Both the position numbers and the translations under genes were made by a program. Of a stretch of DNA of 64,000 bases, positions 50,187 through 61,201 are shown piece by piece. Origin of the DNA: a virus; IMG/VR virus record IMGVR_UViG_3300027747_002579, positions 43,672-107,671 of that record. One strand, written 5' to 3'. Position 1 is the first letter of the stretch. Each line of letters opens with the position of its first letter. The notes below the pieces were generated by a model that was given only the letters and a program-made list of their open reading frames with translations, ran no database searches and was not told where the DNA came from.

Positions 50187-51875
50187 TTATTTTACTGATT
50201 TTGTGTAAAAGTCAACACAATGTATATGAAACATTTGAGTGTAAATATTTTCATTCCAATTGTCCCCATTGCGACAAAGATATTCAAAATGTCCTTCATA
50301 ATCAGATCCATATTTAGAAACATATGGATGAAATCTGATGAGTTTTGCTTGTGGAATTTCTCTATCAGCACCGCAGTATTCATCTAATGCTTTTTGCATG
50401 TCTTTAAAATCTGCTACAGCTAATACAGGATGACCATTTTCTCTGTCATGTGCTACGTATATTGTATTCATTAGTCTATTATTAAATCTAATATAGATTG
50501 TTTACACAAATGTATTTCATTTTCTATAGAGCCACCTTCTTCTATTGCTTCTTCACACAAAGTTACAAAATAAAGTATTTCTTCTTTGTGTTCTGGACAA
50601 TCTCTTATAATTTCATTTGCCCATTTTTTTAATTCTTTCATTTTGTTTCTTTAAGTGATTTAATAAAATCTTCAAAACTATCAAATGGCTCTAATGACTT
50701 CCCATAAGCAAATGCTAATTTCATTTGTTCCTCTGTATAAAATGTTTCTTTAGCTTTTTCATATCCCTTCTTCCACCAAGATTTCTTATCATCTGCACCA
50801 ATAGTGGTAGTTTTAAATTCACCAAACTCATCAATTAGATGATTTATCAATTCTTTGTTGGCTAATTCATCCACAACGTCTTTCTTGATCAGTTTAGCAT
50901 AACTTATAATTTCAACATTACCATCAACCTCTTCCCACAGTCGTTGGCATACAAAATCTACATTTGGATAGGCTCTTATTCTTGATTCTATGTCATCAAA
51001 CACTAAAGCATCTTTTTCAATTTGTTTTACATCATCAGGATGTAATGGAAGATAATTCACTAAAGAATTGTTTCCATCAAGAACATCAATAGGATGTCCT
51101 ATATATTGCACCATCCATTTATTGTCTATTTTTCTTAATATTCCTTTCATAATTTATTTTTTAAATGTTTCAAATTCTCCTTTATAATTCACCGTTAAAT
51201 TGAACTTCTCACCACAATCGCATTTCACCTTTGTAATCCAAGATTTGTTTCTATTGATGCGATGGAAGTATTTTTCATCTTTATCAATGTGCAATTTTGT
51301 GCAATATGGGCAATTAAAATCAGTTTGTGCAATATCAATGAAAAAATGCTTAAATTCTATCATATCTATTTTAATTTAGTCTGTAAATAAAATAATATAA
51401 TCTTCTGTTAGTTCTTGCGTTTCTGTGAATTTTTTAATCCATCCATCGTATTGTAATTTATTCACATTCACTCTAAACACTTTGTTTTGCACCTCAGTTT
51501 CTATTTCATCTGGTAAATTCCATGCAATGTGGTCCAATTCATCTGTAAAAACATTATTAGAATCATTCCAATTATGTTCTGAATTTCTTGCAATGAAATA
51601 AACTATTGCATTATTATTAATTGCAAGTGTGGGGTTTAAATATATTTTAGTCATTTATTAAAAGTTTTATTAAAATAATTTTCAGCGTTTGAACATTCTG
51701 AAATGTCAAACTCTGCTATAATTGGAAATTTACCATCAATTAACCCATCTCTAAATCCTTGGTTGTAAGCATTTTTGATTTGTTGTTTAAACATTTCTGT
51801 AGCTTGTAAAAAGTTTACATTTCTATCTATTCCTACAGTTAGATAAATGTGTTCTATAAATTCTATTGCTGTCAT
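50187..51875 (-). other. Cluster of small hypothetical genes (50187-50471, 50638-51150, 51154-51363, 51376-51654, 51651-51875)
   Basis: Tightly packed co-oriented ORFs. Confidence 0.6.
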
Positions 51876-51886
51876 ATTATATTTAT

Positions 51887-52078
51887 TTATGAGTATATTC
51901 CGTATTCTATTCTATGTAATATTATTTCCACTTTCTTTAGTCCTTCTATAGAATCCAATAAATCATTAGGGATGAAATTTCCTAACGCAGGAACAGGTGT
52001 TGACAACCAACGTTGAAATTTTTCCTCTTCATTGTTAAACACCATTAGTCCATATTCCAGCAATTCTTGTTTATTCAT
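51887..52078 (-). CDS. Stand-alone Xre/MbcA/ParS antitoxin toxin-binding domain (DUF2384-like)
   Basis: VF...EK..RWL.TP.PALG...P.DLLD..EG...V...L.RIEYG pattern. Confidence 0.8.
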   Translation of the reverse strand: MNKQELLEYGLMVFNNEEEKFQRWLSTPVPALGNFIPNDLLDSIEGLKKVEIILHRIEYGIYS

Positions 52079-52398
52079 TGTCTTTAATTACGTTGTATAC
52101 AATTGCATAAATTACTACAAATCCCATAGATAGTACTATTATAATCCCAATAAGAGGATTATAATATATAGCATAACATAAACAAGTGAGTATACTAAAT
52201 ATTACAATAAGTGCTGCAATTGTCTTTAAATGTGTTTTCATAATTCTTTAGTTTCTTCTTTTATTAATCTATACACTATATAAGCCATTTGTGTGGCTAT
52301 GATTAATTTTAACATTTCATCTATTGTAATATTTTTCAATAAATTAAATATTACAAGAATATATATTAACAATATGAGCATAAATAATCCAAATGTTT

Positions 52399-55300
52399 TC
52401 ATTTTTTTGTTTTAAATTTTTCTATCAATTCTTCATTAGTGTAATACTTTCTAGCAATTCCTTTAACATAAGGTCTTTCTTGTGTTGTATACCAACCTTT
52501 GTCACATGCATACCAATGATTATCTTGTAACCATATTAAAAATTCCATCATAATAATTCTATTTCTTTGTCTACTTCTTTCCAATAAGTTAGTGCTTCAC
52601 CTTCTTTAGATTCATAAATATATTCTTTACCTCTAAATATAAAGTCACCATCTTCATCATATGGACTAGTTGCAGTTCTTTTTGGTTCAGATTTTATAAT
52701 TTCCCACACTGCTTTAGAAGCAAATTGTTTTGCATCTTCCCAATTACTAATTCTAGGTAATAAACCATAATACCATTCGACTAAATCTTTAGCTTTTTCT
52801 TTTGGTGATAATATCATATTATTTTGTTTTTAAATTTGTCAAGTTTCGCCCCCTGTATCTTGACAGAAGAATGCTCAAGGTACACCTTGATGACAGCTAA
52901 GCTTTGAGGGAGCCACTCTTTGCTAGTTCAATTAATTTTTTAAGACATTCAAGTTCTGCTTCTTCATAAGTTCTGAAAGTAGATCTATACTCAATTTCAA
53001 ATTTATATTGTAATATCCCTAAATTATCAATATTATAAGAGTAACCATCATAATTATGACCTCTTACAAAATGGCAAAAATTATACTTCTCTCTAAAGAA
53101 ACGGAATGCTTGACTGAATGTTGGAGCTGCAATAAACTGTGTATACAAATGTTTAGGTCCATTAAAGTTGTCAATATTTAATTCACTATTATACACAAAG
53201 TGCTTTGAGTCTTCTATGTACCTACAATCAGGTTCACTATTTGAATAATCAAAAGGGTTTCTTAATTTACCCTCATTATCATAACTAGTAAAACAAGGTT
53301 CATCAAAACCAAGTTCCTTCATATCAAGACTTTGTTGATATGGTACAAATTCTTTTTCTATCATAATAAATTATTTAATGTATTTTCAATAGCTGATTCA
53401 TAAGATTCTGTTGGTGTATTGTGATAACCTGTATTATCAACATAGCTACCATCTTTAAATTGAATAATTGAAGAAAATTTATCAAAAGCTTCTTGATTTA
53501 TTATTTCATAAGTTTTTATAACATTAATCCATATTTCATGCTTATCATACAACCACATTACAACATCTGCAATTGTTGGTGCTGAAAATTCTTCTAATTC
53601 ATCAATTCCATTTTTATTAATGAATTTTTGTCTTTCAGAAAATTCTAAATTAAAGTTTTCATAAGTATCTGAAAAGATTGTATTAAACTCATCTATTTCA
53701 CCTCCATCACAATACCCAAATTTTGTATTTACTTTTTCTTGATATTCTTTTTCTTTCAATAATTTAGCTAACTCAAAACTTACTGGCTTATTCATAATAA
53801 ATAGTTTTTAATCTTTGTTTTTTCCAAAGTTGAAGGAGTTCTTTTGTTGTTTTTTCAACAAGTAAATAATTACCGTCTTTCACAAATAAAAGTGAGCTTA
53901 ACCATTCATTAAACTCAACTACATCGTCATCTGAATAAGGATGTGATTGTTGAGATTTGTCATAACCTAATAAAAAATTTATTTTTGCTCTAACTTTATC
54001 CAAACCCCATTTACCTTCTATTTCTGCAACTTCTTTTGCCATTTCTTCAACTATATCCACCACTTGAGGTATTTCTTTAGAGGGGTCATTTGTTGCAATT
54101 ACTTTTAAAAATTCTCCTCTTTCAAAAGACTCTATTGCATATTTTGAAGTGCCTATGAATTTGAGAAATGGATGAAACTTACTGTCTGTTGTGTCCCATA
54201 CATTTAATTCATGGATGTCTTTTATGACACCTCCTATATAGAAATCAAATCCATTCACTGTTTCTTTAGAACAAATATGTTCTTCACCAGTTTTTCTGTT
54301 GATTAATTTATATTTCATTTTTTCTTTTTAAATTGCTTAAGTATTTCTTTAAATCTATTATCGTTTTCAGTTTGGTCATCAAGTAACTCTAATCCAATTA
54401 AACCACAAGACTTATCATACATTCCTCTCATATCTTCCTCACTATACATTCTTTGTTCTTGCCATTTAGCACCTGAAATAAAATCATAAATTATTGCCTG
54501 TATATTTATTTGATTACCTTCTCCTGCATCTTCTTTAACAGCATGTTTTTCAGCAGCTTCTTCAAGGGTTTCTTGTTTAAGAACTTGTTTAGGATGTTCT
54601 TGTGTAGTTTTAATAGCACAAGGTTCGCATTGAAATGCTCTTTTATCCCCTGTAAACTTTGTTTTACAAGTTGTGCATGTACAATCATAATAACCTGGAG
54701 CATAACCACCAATAGGATATTGTTTAGCTTTTTCTTTTTCAAGTAATTGTTCTGCTTTATCTTTAATTACTATCCAATCTATACATTGTTGCTGATTGTA
54801 TTGTAAGGATTTTGCCCAATCAATTAATTCTTGCATTGCTTTATTCATAACTTATTTGTTTTTGTTTTGACATAACTATTGTTTCAATTTCTTGCATTTG
54901 AGTTAAAAGTGCATTAACACCTAATTCATTTGCTAAGTAGTCAAATAACTCTTGATAAGGTTGTTCTCTTGGAAATATTATTTTATAATAACTACCATAT
55001 TCTATACACGATTCACCTAATTCCATATCAACTTCAAATTCTACTAATTTAATTTCTATTTCCTCACAAGTTGGGTTTTTAATGAACCATTCTAAGAACT
55101 CATCATCAATGGCTTGTACACCATCATTGATTAAGTCTTGGTCTGTTGTTAGGATGATTTTTTTAACATCTCTATCAACTACATTATTAGGATACATGCA
55201 TTTAATCATTGTATTAGTTCCACTAAGTACATAATCTCCTTTTTTAATTTCTTCTGAAGAAATGATGTAGATGTTTTGACTTATAAATGTTTTATAAAAT

Positions 55301-55890
55301 TCTTCTTTATCAAAAAGTAATTTACCTTGAAAGTAGCTTAACCTACTTGGTTTATCTGTGGGCAATAAATGTATATTTTTCATTTTATATTGTTTAATGG
55401 GTAAGCTTTTAATATTGATTTTACATTTACATCAGCTCCTACATTATCATCTGTAATTACATCTGTATAATCAAATATTTCATTAGTCTCTAAGTCAACA
55501 TATTCTACATAAGCTTTTTCACTTGCTGATTTCAATGCTGCTTTTACGTGTAATTTAGCAAATCCAATCATGATACGATATACTTCATTAGGAGTGTAAT
55601 CTCCTGCTAAGTATCCATCATTTTGATTTAGTACAAATTCTTTTGCTGTTGGTATGCTCATAATTTTAAATTTATTCATTGTTTGGTAATACTGCATCTT
55701 CTTCTTCTTCTGACATATCAACCGTGAATTTATTATTACTGGTTTCACCAATAACATCAAAAATCATATAATCTACCCCATCGTCTTTAATCCATCCAAT
55801 TATTTTTTTCACAGCTTCTAATGGATTATCTGAATCAATGTCATTAAACGTTAACGATACAGTGTAAGTTTCCTTAATTGGTCTATTCAT
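52399..55890 (-). other. Variable-region hypothetical genes, several paralogous (52399-52584, 52548-52817, 52897-53364, 53361-53795, 53788-54318, 54315-54848, 54841-55383, 55380-55661, 55672-55890)
   Basis: ATGA-coupled ORFs sharing APT and YSxxD motifs. Confidence 0.65.
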
Positions 55891-55934
55891 AATTTTAAAA
55901 TTTAAAAAGGGAGCTTTTACACTCCCTTTATTTT

Positions 55935-56138
55935 TTACATATTAAAGTCAAACATAAAATCTGTGCTGTTCCACCACCTTACAAAGGCTTTATACCCATG
56001 TACAAGTGGATTATGAGCAGCATATTGTGGATAACCATCTGTGTTTCCACAAACCTTACACACATTAATTGTCATTGGCACAGCAAACAACGATGCACTA
56101 ATTAATAACAAAACTACTAACATTTTCATTTTTTTCAT
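55935..56138 (-). CDS. Small secreted/membrane protein with CxxC
   Basis: Signal-peptide-like N-terminus; terminator-like hairpin at 55905-55929. Confidence 0.5.
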   Translation of the reverse strand: MKKMKMLVVLLLISASLFAVPMTINVCKVCGNTDGYPQYAAHNPLVHGYKAFVRWWNSTDFMFDFNM

Positions 56139-56283
56139 ATTTCTGTTTTAAAAGTTTAAAAAGAGAGGAGCTTTGGTACTCCTCATTGATAGGTAAGTGG
56201 GATTCTTATATCACCCTTGTTCGTGTAGTCTACAGCTACCAACAAGTTTCATCAGTTCTCAGTGTAGCCTTAGATGAAAGTCT

Positions 56284-56385
56284 GCAATGTAGGCAGGACT
56301 CGAACCTGCATTTAGAAGCTGTTTTCAATGTTATTACTTCCACCCGTTTATAGAGCTGCGTATACCAATTCCGCCACTACATTAC
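56284..56385 (-). ncRNA. tRNA-like RNA (degenerate class II, possibly Leu-UAA derived)
   Basis: Acceptor (GT)AATGTAG/CTACATT(GC); D-arm GCGGAATTGGTATACGC; T-arm GCAGG-TTCGAGT-CCTGC; weak 4-bp anticodon stem lacking U33; long variable arm. Confidence 0.65.
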
Positions 56386-56473
56386 TTGATAAGAGATGTT
56401 CTGAGTGGTTGCGATCCACAACAGACTGGGACACATTATCAAAAGTTACTGGATAAGCACCCAAATAACTATG

Positions 56474-56619
56474 TGATGGAGGTGGGATTTGAACCCACAA
56501 TGTGGTGCTTCTATAACACTTGTATCTATGTAGTTTTGCATACTACTCACAAGCACCCTCTCAGATAATAGCGTCTACCACGTTAGAGGACACCCCTAAC
56601 ACCTTCCGCCACTCCATCA
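56474..56619 (-). ncRNA. tRNA-like RNA lacking an anticodon arm, with D-loop hairpin insertion
   Basis: Acceptor TGATGGAG/CTCCATCA; GCGGAA[GTTAGGGG..CTCTAAC]TGGTAGACGC; GGTGCTT/AAGCACC arm; T-arm GTGGG-TTCAAAT-CCCAC. Confidence 0.65.
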
Positions 56620-56621
56620 AT

Positions 56622-56759
56622 TTATTTCCACCACCATTGCTTTATAGAACATTTAAAAATGAATAATTTTAATCTTATTCTTCTTTTTAGTTTTACATAC
56701 CATGGATCTTTTTTAGATTTCTCCATGATTTGCTTAATAAGACTTGGTGTTTTTCTCAT
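56622..56759 (-). CDS. Small basic hypothetical protein (45 aa)
   Basis: MRKTPSLIKQ...WWWK, read by hand. Confidence 0.4.
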   Translation of the reverse strand: MRKTPSLIKQIMEKSKKDPWYVKLKRRIRLKLFIFKCSIKQWWWK

Positions 56760-56881
56760 TTTATTGTTTTTTAAAAAAGTGAGAGGGGAGGATAGCTAGT
56801 CCTCCCAAAGTGTCTACTTACTACCTATGCATTCATCTAGAATTAACATAGCCCTCGTGTTCATGCACTCTCTCAATATTT

Positions 56882-57256
56882 TTATTCTGTTTTTCTAATG
56901 TATGGACGTTTTCTTGGCTCATTGTTTATAAGATCGCTGTAATTCCAAATGGTTGTAGGAATTGTGAACGAAATCAACAAGCTGGCATAAAACGCAAAAT
57001 CAAATTGATTGAAATTCCAATAGTATAATAGATTAATGAGAAATGAGATTATTGCAAAGAATGTTGCTACGCTTCTCTTTTGTTCTATTGTGAATATGTA
57101 TATTGACAGTTCTAGAGAAACAGCGAATACATATGCAATAATCTCATCCACCCATCCGTTTGTTTTAGAAATGCTCTTAAACACGAATGCAGCATGACTC
57201 ACTTGTGTTATCAATGCTGTTATGATGGCTATTCTCACTAATATAAACTTATTCAT
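56882..57256 (-). CDS. Multi-pass membrane protein
   Basis: About 4 hydrophobic segments; own promoter TTG-N20-TATATTTG (57271-57301). Confidence 0.65.
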   Translation of the reverse strand: MNKFILVRIAIITALITQVSHAAFVFKSISKTNGWVDEIIAYVFAVSLELSIYIFTIEQKRSVATFFAIISFLINLLYYWNFNQFDFAFYASLLISFTIPTTIWNYSDLINNEPRKRPYIRKTE

Positions 57257-57283
57257 ATATTTGGTTTATGCAAATATACAAAA

Positions 57284-57574
57284 TTAGTGTTTCTTTAACA
57301 AGGGATTAAAGACTATTCCATCAGAAGAAATGTGTGATATTTTCTTCTTCAGAGCTTCTTCCACTTTTTTTTCATCTCTGAACATGTGAGGAATATCTCC
57401 CCACGATATATGACTAATTTCCCAAGATGATGTTCCATCCCATCCAATGTCTCCATTAGATGTGTACATCTTTTCTCTTTGGTGCATCCAATTTACATCT
57501 ACGTAAATTGTTGCATATTTTTCAGGAAATAACTCATATTCTATTTTTATTTCTTCTACACCATTTGTGTACAT
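57284..57574 (-). CDS. Hypothetical protein
   Basis: ORF. Confidence 0.55.
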   Translation of the reverse strand: MYTNGVEEIKIEYELFPEKYATIYVDVNWMHQREKMYTSNGDIGWDGTSSWEISHISWGDIPHMFRDEKKVEEALKKKISHISSDGIVFNPLLKKH

Positions 57575-57594
57575 AAAATATTTTTGTATATTTG
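57564..57594 (+). promoter_or_regulatory. Bacteroidota promoter TTTG-N19-TATATTTG
   Basis: Full consensus upstream of ORF 57612. Confidence 0.7.
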
Positions 57595-57611
57595 TTTAAA
57601 ATATTTTCACT

Positions 57612-57785
57612 ATGAACAAAGATCAAATTTTAGGACTTGTTAGACACGTATTGACATTCGTTGGTGGATTTCTCATCACCAAAGGTGTAATTGATGAAGC
57701 AACTTCTGTAGAAGCAATTGGTGCAATTAGCACATTAATTGGTGCTATTTGGAGTGTTGCTTCAAAAGTGGTGAAAACAGCCTAA
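57612..57785 (+). CDS. 57-aa two-TM holin-like protein (Pam3-gp28-like)
   Basis: MNKDQILGLVRHVLTFVGGFLITKG...IGAISTLIGAIWSVASK, read by hand; own promoter and terminator. Confidence 0.75.
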   Translation: MNKDQILGLVRHVLTFVGGFLITKGVIDEATSVEAIGAISTLIGAIWSVASKVVKTA

Positions 57786-57800
57786 TTCAATCTCTTAATG

Positions 57801-57836
57801 AAAAGGGAGAATATTAATTTATTCTCCCTTTTTTTA
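57801..57836. terminator. Bidirectional terminator
   Basis: AAAAGGGAGAAT...ATTCTCCCTTTTTTT. Confidence 0.8.
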
Positions 57837-57837
57837 T

Positions 57838-60800
57838 TTATACATCAGCATCGTCATCTCCTTCGAATGGGAAGTCTTCATTTTCAGCATCTTCCCAAGA
57901 GAAAATGGTCTCATGCATCCCAAGTATTGACCCTAGTTCTAGGATGTTATCAGGATGAATGCCATCTTCCACTTCTAGTTCTAAAGAGCCATTGATTCCT
58001 CCTTCAATGATTTTAGAAGAGATATCAATAGCCTCTAGATATTTAACAATTTTCTCTTTTGTCTCATCCTTAGTGACAGGATGGAATCCGTACGTAAGTA
58101 TCATATATCTATTTTTTGGTTATAAAAGAAACGCTTTATAGTCTTCGTAAGGATTATACTCATCATCATCTCCAGGAAAATCATCATTAAACAATTGAGA
58201 CATTTCACCTTTAAGCTCAAGTTTAGGAGCAGGTTTGTTTGCAATTTGCGAATTGCGAACTTGGGCTTGTGAAGCCCTTATTATCATTTTTAGCGTATTA
58301 CGCAGATGATTGATATCCATTTCGTCAACATCAATCAAAGATCCATTACGCATTTTCCAATATACTGTACTCATGTTCTATGTGTGTTGGTATTTTGTTA
58401 AACAATAGAGATACATTAAACTCCTCGCACCATTCTTGGAATGTAAGAGGTTCATAATTGATCACTGGAGGACGTGTAAGTGTATTACCACTCTTCTGAC
58501 TCGTCATTATCATCGTCGTTAGTTTTAAAATGATTAGATATTTCATCACTGTATTCTTCTTCAGATTCTTCGTACTCCTGAAGAACAGAAATTATCACTT
58601 TGCCATCCATGTACAACAACTGATAACCTTCTTCGTCATCGTATGTTGTTTCTACATCAATGAGTCCTTCGTTCTCAAGAATCAGATTGAATTCCTTTTC
58701 TCCTATTTCTGTATAGGAGTCGCAATCTTCTCCACAATCCCACCAACCTATTTCTTCTGGTCGAGCAAGGATTGTGCCATCCATTGCACATATATATGGC
58801 TTTACTGGATGTCCATTCTCTCGAATGAACAATTCCTTATCAAGACGAAGACTCTGTTCTTGAGAAATTGTCCTGATTCTAACGTAATCAGAATATTTAT
58901 CAAGACTTGTAAACATCATCCCTGGCTCTATTTCCTGCCAAGAAGGAAGTTCATAGCTTTGAAATATTAACACTGCTTCCATTGTATTTGGTTTAAATAT
59001 TACTTGTTTTGTTATCGTAGCATTCTTGTGCATATTCCAACGCACGTGTGTCTGAATTTAATACAACAAGTCCTGCAAAACTCTTATGATGTTCATTAGT
59101 TTTCCATCTAAAGAATGTGCATGGTTTACCCATACATATACAGGAGTGTATGCCTTCTTCAAATTTATCAGACACTCTATTGTCAACTATTTGATCAGCT
59201 TCTAATTCAGAACGAAGCATGCTAAATATATCATATCCAATTAAGGTTTCCAACTTACCATGTAAATAACAATACGAAGGTCTAACCACTTCGTCATCAT
59301 TATAATAGCCTGCTAAATACCCACCATTATATGTACTCTCAGGCACAATGGTGTAAACTAATTTGTTTGTCATTCTAATTCAGTTATGTTGTCAATTGTA
59401 GTGGATATATATCCTATTACCATCAAACCATCGTCTTGAGGCAGAAAGGTTTCTATTCCTAATTTGTCTTCATTACGAAAACAAACTACCACTCTATCAC
59501 ATAACTCTTCGATGTCTACAATGTTATCGTCTACATCGATTACAAATTCCATTGTCATCTTTACTTCTTTCATAAAAATATTATACGTTTTTAAATATAA
59601 AATGAACTAACCAAAGGAAAATATATGTATATAGATATAAAGTCTAGATACATATATTGTGAGAGGTTAATAGCCTAAGAGCTCTAGTTCTTCTATAGAA
59701 GCTGTCACTATTATATTTCCAGACAAAATCCAGAAATCAAAATAGAAATTGGCTAACTTTTTGAAGTTGTAGAACTCCTTGGCTGACAATGTAATTGTCT
59801 TCATATTATTGGTTTGATGGTTACTTTTTAAATAAGTCATCATAAGACTTTTTACAGTCTTGATAACTTGTATACAAAGAATAAGAGGTCATCAGTCCTC
59901 CTGTGAACACTAAGCTAATGATAGCGAGGTTTACTTTTGATGGTGTGAGCAAATAAATGCCTAAAAATATCCACGCTATAGATGCCATCAACATCACTAT
60001 AGCAGATATTAAATAATAATTTTTCATATTGTATCATTTATCACAATTAACAATATAGGGCAAACTATCACCCAATAAATAATGGACATTCCCCAAAACT
60101 GTCCTGCGTTGAACACTTCTTTGGGAACAAATGCACATCCTGTGCATACAAACGCTATCCACACCAACAAGAACGGTGTGATGATTGCTAACAAAAACAA
60201 TGCTGCTTTTTTCATTTTAATTAATATGTGAAGGTTTAAAATACAAAATAAAAAAGAGAAAACATTTGCAATAAGTGGTGTTATTCAGCACCTTTCGCAA
60301 ACATTTTCTCTATAAGAGAGAATTAATTGAAAAATGTTAATGCCCATTTATAGAGCTCCAATGTTTCTCTATCAAACCAATCATCCTCGTCCTCAGACAA
60401 GAATGCGATTTGCCTCTCCACATCTTCCTTTGAATAAGGATTGTGGAGATATGATTCTCCAAATGCTTTCATTTCTTCTGGACTACCACCATCGTAGCCA
60501 AATCTTGCCTGAAATGGATCACAATGGTCACAAGAGCCATAAGCTCCTATCACCACGCTGCGTTGACCATTATAGTCAACAACAGCACCCCAAGTGCCTT
60601 GATAATCACCTGAGGCTTTGAAATCTATTACCGTAGCACCTGCTGCTTTCAACGCTGAACTATACCCGTAAGCTGCCATAAAATATATATTTGAGGATGA
60701 ATAAAAAATAATTTAAAAAAAGAAAATAGAAGTCCCCTACTAACACATTTCTGTGCGTTCAGGGAAACCTCAAAATCAGTTGAAAAATAATATATACGCA

Positions 60801-61201
60801 TGTCGTTTGCTTTTGTATACAAACTTTCTCCATTATTATTACAAACCTAGTCTCATTATGAATGTCTTTTCAATTCATCTTTAAGATTTTGTTATAGGAA
60901 ATGGAGACAGAGCAACCTTAATTTATGTTTGTTTAGGCTGTACACATCAGCACGCCACTCTCCATGCGTATAAATATTATTGCAAGGTGTAGGTGTCGTT
61001 AGAACTTGACACCAAAATACCCATTTTTTTAAGTTGTGTACGAGACAAGCTCGTAACAACAGTGAAGCCGTGTTGTGTGTAGAGCGGTGCTCCATCACAC
61101 TGTGAACAGCAAATAAATATATCCTTTATTGCAGGCTTCGCGTTTCCAAACGATGCTGCTGCATCAGCATTTTTTACAAAATATTTCTTATCTGTGTTCA
61201 T
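57838..61201 (-). other. Early-region hypothetical genes (57838-58104, 58120-58374, 58485-58982, 58993-59373, 59370-59573, 59821-60027, 60024-60215, 60323-60679, 60977-61201)
   Basis: Co-oriented ORFs, several acidic or hydrophobic. Confidence 0.6.

Noticed and set aside
56215-56260. Hammerhead ribozyme (CTGATGA on minus strand) or theta ribozyme after the tRNA-like element
   Set aside because: No GAAA core with properly placed stems, and no HDV-like nested pseudoknot could be built by eye.
56284-56619. Functional canonical tRNA genes
   Set aside because: No canonical 5-bp anticodon stem with a U33 loop; reported as tRNA-like instead.
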